Shown here: positions 49,817 through 58,236 of the stretch, piece by piece
Position numbering within the stretch: the stretch's first letter is position 1
Layout of the letters: the number at the start of each line of letters is the position of its first letter
The notes under the pieces: model-generated
Told to the model about the DNA's origin: nothing
The model's input: only the letters and a program-made list of their open reading frames with translations
The model's database searches: none
Source: Parcubacteria group bacterium GW2011_GWA2_40_23
GTDB lineage: Bacteria > Patescibacteriota > Patescibacteriia > UBA11705 > JABHMO01
Assembly: GCA_000996245.1 (NCBI GenBank)
Contig: LBYP01000005.1
Span: 10,305-74,304 of the forward strand
Length of the DNA: 64,000 nucleotides
Direction of reading: 5' to 3'
Position numbers and translations under genes: made by a program

Positions 49817-51349
49817 ATGAACTCTATTTCACAAAACCTAGGTTATTGGCTTCTCGCTGTTTATGGTATTTTTATGGTAGTTATTACGTACTTCTTTGCT
49901 CGCTGGAAAAAGTACCGTTCCATTCAAGGTTTTTTAGTGGCAGGTCGTAATGTTAAGTGGTGGTTGGGTGCAACAAGTATTGCTGCTTCATGGATCTGGG
50001 CACCAGCATTATTTGTATCCGTACAAGTTTCCTATCAACAAGGCTTACCTGGAATTTTCTGGTTTACCTTTCCCAATATAATTGCTTTATTGCTTTTTAT
50101 TTGGTTAGCACCAAAAATTCGCGCTAAGATGCCTTATGGTTATACTCTGCCACAATATATCAAGGAACGTTTACAAAGCGATAAAGTACATAAGATCTAT
50201 TTGTTCCCTTACTTTTTTTATCAATTGATGGCTGTGGCTGTTCAATTATTTGCTGGTGGCGGTCTAATTTCACTTTTGACAGGAATTCCATTTGTAACAG
50301 CGATGATCATTATGTCAGTTATCGTTTTGATATATTCATTCATTTCTGGTCTTGAATCTTCTATAGTCACTGATTTTATTCAATTCCTGTTAATTGTCAT
50401 TGGTGTAGCCATTGTTGTGCCATGGACAATTATGTCTGCTGGTGGTTGGAGCACTATTAGCGCTGGATTAGGTGGTGTCAGTGGTCATTTCAGAAACATC
50501 TTTGATCCTGGCGTGGCTTTCTCGTTTGGCATTGTAACTGCCATTGGTCTTATTTCTGGAGCAATATCTGATCAGCAGTATTGGCAACGAGCCTTTGCTA
50601 TTAAAAAAGAAAATCTGGTGAAATCTTTCGTGTTTGGTGCCATTATGTTCGGTATAGTTCCGATTGCACTCTCAAGTCTTGGTTTTTTGGCTGCTAATAC
50701 AGGGTTAGGAATTTCTTTACCAGCAGGAGTAGATGTATCGATGATTGGTATTGCTACTGTCAGCCATTATTTACCGGTTGGTGCTATTGCTTTGTTCGTA
50801 ATTATGCTTTTGAGTGCCTTATTTTCTACTCTTGATTCTGGTCTTAATGCAGCGAGTTCACTTTTTGTAACTGATGTTGTGAAATATACAGACAAAGAAA
50901 AAGCTGTCTTAAGAAAAACAGAGGAAGATCAAGTTTTAAATTCTGATGAAGAAAAAATTCAAAAACATTTGGATGATAGGGGTGTGCGCAATTCACGCTG
51001 GGCCATGTTTGGAATTACGGCTCTTGGTTTTGCAGTGGCTTTAGCAGCAAATTATATTCCCGGTTTTGGCTTGAAGCATTTATGATGGATCTTTAATACC
51101 ATTGCCGCTTGTGTAGTTGTGCCGACTGTCCTCAGTTTGTATTGGAAGAGGTTAGATGCTAAAGGCGTATTTTGGGGTGTGTTAACATCTTTTGTTATCG
51201 GCGTACCGCTCTTCATTTATGGGAATATCGTTGATAAGCCGGTTTGGATAGTCGGGGCTTCACTCTTCATTGTCGCTGTGAGTACAATTATTTGTTTGAT
51301 TTTTCCCAAGAAAGTTAACGCAAGTTCGTTCTACTACGATATAGAGTAG
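49817..51349 (+). pseudogene. sodium:solute symporter (urea/DUR3-like) interrupted by an in-frame TGA
   Basis: FLVAGR, SIAASWIWAPA, DQQYWQRAFA, STLDSGL; frame continues past TGA 51083-51085 into ORF 51119-51349. Confidence 0.75.
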
Positions 51350-51418
51350 AGTCGATTCAAAAAATATCAGCAGTTGCTGATATTTTTTTTGGAGATAAAA
51401 TGTGATAAATGTTGGAAC

Positions 51419-51973
51419 TTATTTAACTGGGAAACCATTCATTAAATTTTGAAAATCAGTAAATTTAATGTCGGCTTGTGGAATAAATTTTGAATTATCG
51501 ACAGTCCACTTTCGACATCGATATTCAGCTGTATCTGATAAAGCTGCCTGGCTCGCATTGGCGGCTTCAAGATCAGTTCCGACCGTAGTGTCGACCTGCA
51601 TTTTTATGGCTGGGTAGGTCTTGTTGTCACTCCAAGAATACATTTGGTCATTATCAAAGATCATAGTAGATTTCATGTCCTTGTTTGACAGAGGATCCTT
51701 TACCATTGTTTCCGCCCTAAATTTTCTATTTTTTCCGTCAACATAAAAATCGCCCGAGCTTGTTACACCCTTTTCGGCCTCATAGGAGAAAGTGCAATGA
51801 AACGATTTTCCCAAGGCAATCATTTTGTCTGGGCTTGTTTTGAAGAGTTCCTCTTCTTCTGCTTTTTGTGTTTCTTGGTTTAAATTGTTGACAACATTAC
51901 TCTTTTTTTCACAACCGAGAACAATGAAAAGAAGGGGCAAAATAAGTAGCAGGAGATACAATCTTGATTTCAT
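51419..51973 (-). CDS. lipoprotein
   Basis: Signal peptide with lipobox VLGC. Confidence 0.7.
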   Translation of the reverse strand: MKSRLYLLLLILPLLFIVLGCEKKSNVVNNLNQETQKAEEEELFKTSPDKMIALGKSFHCTFSYEAEKGVTSSGDFYVDGKNRKFRAETMVKDPLSNKDMKSTMIFDNDQMYSWSDNKTYPAIKMQVDTTVGTDLEAANASQAALSDTAEYRCRKWTVDNSKFIPQADIKFTDFQNLMNGFPVK

Positions 51974-52129
51974 ATTTATAAAGTTAATTATCTATAAATA
52001 TTATAGCACTGAGCAATAGAATTGATTATGGGCAGTTGTGCATAATAGCTATTAAAGAAATGCAAAAAAACACCGCAAATGGTTCTTTTTCATGATCAAG
52101 AGTATTCAAGATGAAAACAATATTGTTTG

Positions 52130-52291
52130 CTATTTATAACCTTTTGCTTGAGTTTTGAACATCTGGGCATATTTGCCATTCTTTTTTAATAATTCTTGAT
52201 GCGAACCGGCTTCTATTATTCTTCCATCGTCAATGACAACAATTTTACCAGCATTACGGACGGTCGAAAACCGATGAGAAACCATTATTAA
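52130..52291 (-). pseudogene. ABC transporter ATPase, C-terminal remnant
   Basis: VSHRFSTVRNAGKIVVIDDGRIIEAGSHQELL..GKYAQMF; no upstream domain. Confidence 0.8.
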
Positions 52292-52390
52292 TTTGTATTT
52301 ATAGAGTTATTATATCAGGGGCTTTATCCCCCGACTAATATGCTAAAATAAAAAATACCACGCTAAAGGTGATATTGTATTTGGTTTTTG

Positions 52391-52678
52391 CTAATTTTTT
52401 GATAGAGGTTCAATTATTTTTTTTAGGATATCTTGTTTAGGAAAGCTTAAATATAAATTTTGTAAGAAAATATGTTGTTTATTCTCGGTTGTCTCTTCCC
52501 ACGGATTAAATTTTAAATGTTTCTCTAATTCAACAGCAGGATTAATAGTTTTGTTTCGCAAATCAACTTTTATACACTTAACTTCAGGTTTGGTTTCTTT
52601 TCCGATACGTTTTAAATCACCATTATTGATGATAAGTATTAAGTCTCCAAGTTTTGCAATTATATATATTTCATTCAT
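52391..52678 (-). CDS. small hypothetical protein downstream of the DUF3626-like gene
   Basis: 95 aa ORF starting 5 nt after the upstream stop. Confidence 0.55.
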   Translation of the reverse strand: MNEIYIIAKLGDLILIINNGDLKRIGKETKPEVKCIKVDLRNKTINPAVELEKHLKFNPWEETTENKQHIFLQNLYLSFPKQDILKKIIEPLSKN

Positions 52679-52683
52679 ATTTT

Positions 52684-53579
52684 TTAGAATTCAATCAATT
52701 GTATGGTTGATTCTGGGTGTTGTTGTTTGTAGTTATCAAGCAGTTCATGAACCGCTTCAATATCTTTTGAGCTAAGACCATTGTGAGGTGAAATATTAAT
52801 AGATTCCACGTCATCCAGTGTCAGCTGCCCATAATATTGGGCTTCTGTATATAATTCTCCCCAATTGGTGACGCTGGACCCAGTGGTGCTTTCCAAAAAC
52901 GTTTTGACTGAACCTCTAAGACCAAAACTTGTAAAGTGTGGTTTTGAAGCGGGCGTAGGTGGAAAGTTATAGTTGCCTTGTTTAAAGCCACCGATCGTTT
53001 TATTTTTATATTAATACTCCCATAACCGCTGGTGCTGGCTGGAGGTGGTATTCTTCCCTGCGGATTAATAATGCCATGTTTATCGTCGGAAAAATAACCG
53101 TAAATTGGTCTATTTTCCTTGTCTCTGTCGGGGGAATAGTCATAATTGAACATCCGATTTTCTCTTTCTGCTCTGACACTCGGATCAAGGGCACCTTGGC
53201 TGGTTCCAGTTTCAAATTGACTTTTCCAACGTCCACCAGACATCATTACTCTTTTTAGCTCATCCAGCGTCGTTGCGCGAAAGAATTCGTCTTTTCCTAC
53301 CATTTGTTCTACTTTTGTTTGCAATCTAGCTTTTAGGTCTTCAACGGAAATACCCAAATCAGCAGCGGTTTTTTCATATTGTGGTCAATTTTTTTCCTCT
53401 AGGCGTATCATATTTGCTCGAATTTTAGCAGTGATGCCAGCAGGACCATCAAGCTTCATCTCTTCATCCCAACCATTAAAATAATTAATGGTTACAATTG
53501 AGCCGAAATCTCCTTTTTCGGTTCTTGTTTCGTGTCCGTTTTGTTTTGGTTCTATCGAGACTATAACTTCATGTTTCAT
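52684..53579 (-). pseudogene. DUF3626-like protein with in-frame TGA and a frameshift
   Basis: KSQFETGTS, RPIYG, YTEAQYYG..DDVESI; TGA at 53385-53387; frame change near 52960. Confidence 0.65.
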
Positions 53580-53670
53580 ATATGCAATTTTTTTATGAAT
53601 ACATTATATCATAAGTTCTATTTTATTATGGGGTATTAACAAAAAACAGCTAAAATTAGCTGTGCTTTGT

Positions 53671-53744
53671 TGGAGCGGGTAAGGGGAGTCGAACCCCTAT
53701 CTTCAGCTTGGAAAGCTGTAATAATACCGCTATACTATACCCGC
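53671..53744 (-). tRNA. tRNA-Gly(TCC)
   Basis: GCGGGTA..TACCCGC-TCCA, anticodon arm CAGCT-TTCCA-AGCTG. Confidence 0.93.
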
Positions 53745-53903
53745 CCTGTAGTACATGCTCCGCATGACTACAGGGCAAGCCCTTTATCAAGCGAAACTTT
53801 AGTACGTTTCATCGCATGACTACAGGGCAAGCCCTTTATCAAGCGAAGCTTTAGTACATTTTTCCGCGTGATTGCAGGACCAAGCCCAACGATCCGCGAA
53901 GCT
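53743..53903. repeat. three tandem ~51-52 bp units of the tRNA-associated hairpin element
   Basis: AGTAC at 53750, 53801 and 53853; GCATGACTACAGGGCAAGCCCTTTATCAAGCGAA is repeated. Confidence 0.8.
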
Positions 53904-53956
53904 GTAATTCAAGTCCTGTTATTATACCAAGATTTATTGCTTTTTCAAGACCTGTT

Positions 53957-54967
53957 CTAATTTACTTCAATATCAATATGCTTAACCCCAGGGAATTTTT
54001 TATGCAGTTTTTGCTCAAGTTCATCAATTCTTCGGCCCATTAGGCGAGCCATCTGGTCACTATAGTCAACACAGAAGCGTAAGAACTCATCATAGTTGTT
54101 ATTGATTATCTCAAACTCTTCATGCAAATCTCCGTCTTTAATAATATCCTTCAATAAGGAATAGCCATTAAATTCAATTTCGCATTTGACGCGATAAATT
54201 CCATAATCTAAAACTATTGATTTAAAGTCGAGTACTTTTTCGATCCCAGGATCAGCTTCTAGCGTTTCAATAATTTCATTGCGCATATCTTCGGGCATGG
54301 CTTTGCCAATTAGAAATTCCCGATTCTTATTTATTAAGAAAAGAGCCATAATGCCCAGCATGACACCGATGACAATTGAACCGATTGCATCGAAAAAATA
54401 TAAGCCAGTAAAATGAGTCAAAAGAATACTCACAAACGCAACTATAGTGCCAAGGATCGCAAGCCCGTCTTCATATAAAACCGCCAAAGATGAGGGGTCG
54501 CCATCTCTTAAAATATGTTTTAAATGTTTTTGGGGATTGTGTTTTTTTAATTCATACCAAGCAATTCCGAAGGTTGAAAATTCTACAACGAAGGCAATGA
54601 GCAACACTAAGTAAGTCAGAAAGCCGGTGTGAATTGCACGCTCATGGACCAAAGCCATGATACCACTATATACGGTGACACCGGAACCAATAAAGAAAAC
54701 GCCGCAAGCTGAAATTAAAGCTCATAAAAATCGTTCTCGTCCGTACCCATAAATAAAAGATTCACTCGGTTTTTTGACCGAGCGTTTAATTCCAATAAAA
54801 AGTAAAATTTGATTTGAAGAATCGGCCAAGCTGTGAATCGCTTCAGAAAACATGGTTGCTGAGCCGGAGATGAAGGCACTAATGAATTTCAAAGTCATTA
54901 CTACGAGGTTGCCCAAAAGGGCAGCAACAACAGGCAGGTAGCCTACAGACTTTTGTGTATTTATCAT
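53957..54967 (-). pseudogene. cation diffusion facilitator (CDF) transporter interrupted by an in-frame TGA
   Basis: SEAIHSLAD, GYGRERFL*ALISACG, EDG..G, DAIGS; TGA at 54722-54724 is in frame. Confidence 0.8.
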
Positions 54968-54981
54968 TTTGTAAAATTTGT

Positions 54982-55058
54982 TGGTGGGTCCGCTGGGATT
55001 TGAACCCAGGACGCCCAGCTTAAAAGGCTGGCGCTCTAACCAACTGAGCTACGAACCC
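54982..55058 (-). tRNA. tRNA-Lys(TTT)
   Basis: Cloverleaf; anticodon arm CCAGC-CTTTTAA-GCTGG; CCA end. Confidence 0.95.
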
Positions 55059-55112
55059 TAAAGTACATGCTTCGCATGACTTTAGGGCAAGCCCTAGAAT
55101 CAAACGAAGTTG

Positions 55113-55379
55113 TTATTGGTTGTTCTTCCTAAAGTATGATCTTAACATTAATCTAATTGCTCTTTTACCGTCCGTTGTTTTGAAATAAGCCTCTCTTCTT
55201 AGGGCATCATCACGACTTAGATGTGCCTCGTAATAAATAACATTCCAAGGGCCTCGATTTTTTGTTGATGGGACAAGGCCTGCATTGTGCTTTAATGATC
55301 TGTGATAAACATCATCTGGAGTAAAGCCAGCATAAAGGTTTTTAGTTTTTTGACCTTCTAAAACATACGTATAATACAT
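55113..55379 (-). CDS. small GIY-YIG nuclease family protein
   Basis: YYTYVL..LYAGFT..R..KHNAG..ST..RGPW..YYE..A.RRE.YFK. Confidence 0.88.
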   Translation of the reverse strand: MYYTYVLEGQKTKNLYAGFTPDDVYHRSLKHNAGLVPSTKNRGPWNVIYYEAHLSRDDALRREAYFKTTDGKRAIRLMLRSYFRKNNQ

Positions 55380-55546
55380 ATGTTTTAAGAATAATACCAG
55401 CTATTGCAAAGAACAAATCTAGGGGGGGGTATCACTGGGCGGTTCACCCTGAAGTATAAATTTCATTTAACCTCATGGCTAGCCATGAAGTTACGTGATA
55501 ATCATGTCTGGTTTACCATAAAGTCATGTGATTAGCATGTACTTTA

Positions 55547-55623
55547 TGGTCGGGGTGGTGGGACTCGAACCCACGGCCTCTTGGTCCCAAACCAAGCACT
55601 CTAGCCAACTGAGCCACACCCCG
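55547..55623 (-). tRNA. tRNA-Pro(TGG)
   Basis: CGGGGTG..CACCCCG-ACCA; anticodon TGG. Confidence 0.95.
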
Positions 55624-55724
55624 AAGTACAGGCTTCGCCTGACTTCGGGGTAAACCCCGCATCAAGCAAAGCTAGATTTTACAATGAATGGCTTGCCACA
55701 AACTGACACGGAGTGTCTAATTTG

Positions 55725-55799
55725 TGGTGCCGAGCCCCAGAATTGAACTGGGGACGCAAGGATTTTCAGTCCTTCGCTCTACCACTGAGCTAGCTCGGC
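55725..55799 (-). tRNA. tRNA-Phe(GAA)
   Basis: GCCGAGC..GCTCGGC-ACCA; anticodon GAA. Confidence 0.95.
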
Positions 55800-55958
55800 C
55801 CGGTAGTACATGCTTCGCATGACTACCGGGCAAGCCCTGTAATAAAGCGAAGTTTAGTACGTTTTTTCGCATGACTGCAGTGTAACCTCAGCAATCAAGC
55901 GAAGTAACAGTATTATGATGGATGGCTTGCCATGAAGTCACACGTAGTATGTACTTCA

Positions 55959-56035
55959 TGGTGGGCGCGGGGGGAATCGAACCTCCGACCTCAGCATTAT
56001 CAGTGCTGCGCTCTAACCAACTGAGCTACGCGCCC
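55959..56035 (-). tRNA. tRNA-Ile(GAT)
   Basis: GGGCGCG..CGCGCCC-ACCA; anticodon GAT. Confidence 0.95.
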
Positions 56036-56136
56036 CGAAGTACAAGCTTCGCTTGACTTCGGGGCAAGCCCTTCAGCAAGGAAGCAGTTATCAATAAATG
56101 GCTTGCCATAAAGTCATGCGATTAGCATGTACTTTA

Positions 56137-56213
56137 TGGTGGGTGGCATAGGATTCGAACCTACGACCCCTTCGGTGTAAACGAAGTGCTCTAACCAGCT
56201 GAGCTAGCCACCC
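56137..56213 (-). tRNA. tRNA-Val(TAC)
   Basis: GGGTGGC..GCCACCC-ACCA; anticodon TAC. Confidence 0.95.
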
Positions 56214-56451
56214 AGAAGTACAGGCTTTGCCTGACTTCTGGGTAAACCCATAGTCAAACAAAGTTTTTGTACATGGTTCGTCTGACTTCTGGCTTGCCCT
56301 GTGGCGCAATGCCACGGGGGTAAACCCATAATCAAGCGTAGAGTAATAAACAAAACTTAGCTTAGCTAACTAAGCCATCGTGCGCTCAGTATAGCAGGAA
56401 TCTATAGCTATTTCAAGTTATTTTACTTTTAAATAACAGCAAAAGTATAGC

Positions 56452-56485
56452 AAAAAAAAAGAGACTAATCAATAGTCCTTTTTTT
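56452..56485. terminator. bidirectional terminator downstream of the 16S gene
   Basis: A-tract, GACTA-ATCAA-TAGTC hairpin, T-tract. Confidence 0.6.
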
Positions 56486-56594
56486 GTTAACTTCAGAATA
56501 GTGGTACGAATCATTTGTCTCCTGCATAGAGAATAAAATACAAGAGCAGGATCGACCTAAGACGATACAGATAAACTGTTCGTCATAGCCCCTT

Positions 56595-58048
56595 AGAAAG
56601 GAGTTGTTTCCATCCACAGCTTCCGCTACGGATGCCTTGTTACGACTTAGCCCCTATCATCGGTCCTACCTTCTGCCGTCCTACAACGACATTCGGGCAT
56701 TACCGACTCTCTTGACTTGACGGGCGGTGTGTACAAGACTCGAGAACGTATTCACCGTGACGTGCTGATCCACGGTTACTAGCGATTCCAGCTTCATGAG
56801 GTCGAGTTTCAGACCTCAATCCGAACTGAGACCAATTTTGGTGGGATTTGCTCCATCTTACGATTTGGCGTCCCTTTGTATTGGCCATTGTAGCATGTGT
56901 GTTGCCCAAGGTGTAAGAGCCATGCTGATTTGACGTCATCCCCACCTTCCTCCTTGTTATACAAGGCAGTTTTCTAATAAAGTATAAATTAGAATGAGGG
57001 TTGCGCTCGTTATCGGACTTAACCGTACACCTCACGGCACGAGCTGACGGCAACCATGCAGCACCTGTCTAGCACCCTCGTAGGCGGCCCTAGTTTCTTA
57101 GGGCTTGCAGCTAGATTTCAAACCTTGGTAAGGTTTTTCGCTTATCGTCGAATTAAACCACGTGCTCCACCGCTTGTGCGAGTCCCCGTCAATTCCTTTG
57201 AGTTTTAATCTTGCGATCGTACTCCCCAGGCGGGATATTTAACGCGTTAGCTTTTTGTGACGACACTGAGAGGGTCGATACTCCCAATGTCTAATATCCA
57301 TAGTTTACGGCGTGGACTACGCGGGTATCTAATCCGCTTCGCTCCCCACGCTTTCGTGCCTTAGTGTCAGTATTGTCCTAGTAAGCTGCCTTCGCATTTG
57401 GTGTTCCTGCCGATATTAACGGATTTAACCCCTACACCGGCAATTCCGCTTACCTCTTCCAAACTCAAGTCTAACAGTATCAGTGGCGATTCCCCGGTTG
57501 AGCCGAAGGATTTAACCACTGACTTAATAGACCACCTACGCACGCTTTACGCCCAATAAATCCGGGTAACGCTTGGGGCACTCGTATTACCGCTGCTGCT
57601 GGCACGAGTTTAGCAGCCCCTTATTCTTCTGGTACAGTCATTAGTTCTTCCCAGAAAAAAGATTTTTACACCCCGAAGGGTTTCATCAACCACGCGGCGT
57701 CGCTCCTTCACACTTTCGTGCATTGAGGAAAATTCTCGACTGCAGCCTCCCGTAGGAGTCTGGGCAGTGTCTCAGTCCCAGTGAGGCGGGTCGTGCTCTC
57801 ACACCCGCTACCCGTCGTAGCCTTGGTAAGCTTTTACCTTACCAACTAGCTGATAGGCCATAGGCCACTCTCTGACCGATAAATCTTTACTGCACCGACT
57901 CATGCCAGTGCAGACCATCGTGTATTAGCTCAGATTTCTCCGAGTTGTTCACGAGTCAGAGGTATGTTACCAATGTGTTACTCACCCGTTTGCCACTCCT
58001 ATTCTATCCGAAGAAGGAATAGGCGTTCGACTTGCATGCCTTAGACAC
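56595..58048 (-). rRNA. rrs: 16S rRNA, 5' ~40 nt missing
   Basis: Universal motifs ACTCCTACGGGAGGC, GTGCCAGCAGC, AAACTCAAAGGAATTGACGG, AAGTCGTAACAAGG; homology stops at 58048. Confidence 0.97.
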
Positions 58049-58134
58049 TGGTGATAGCAAATCTACCTTTAAAATCATTGAATTGACAAATGATTCCTTA
58101 CCACTATTCTGATGTCAACGATCATGTGGTTAAA

Positions 58135-58163
58135 AGTATAGGGGATTTTTTCAATCCTGTCAA
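58135..58163 (-). promoter_or_regulatory. rrs promoter TTGACA-N17-TATACT
   Basis: Near-consensus sigma70 promoter pointing into the 16S gene. Confidence 0.75.
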
Positions 58164-58236
58164 ATCCTCTCTGAGGATAGCCGAAAAATTGTCATTTTGC
58201 TGAAAATTAGCTAAAATAGACAGATAATAGCCATAT

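Noticed and set aside
53743-53903. CRISPR array
   Set aside because: Units are contiguous degenerate repeats without unique spacers, and no cas genes are in the window
49817-54967. Genetic code 25 (UGA=Gly) or selenocysteine
   Set aside because: Nearly all genes translate intact in code 11; the TGA sites fit Trp, and these families are not selenoproteins
56091-57053. ORFs 56091-56315 and 56700-57053
   Set aside because: They overlap tRNA-Val and the 16S rRNA; spurious
58049-58236. Contig concatenation at the 16S 5' end
   Set aside because: The flank contains the inverted partner of the 3' processing stem and a correctly oriented promoter, so it is the native leader
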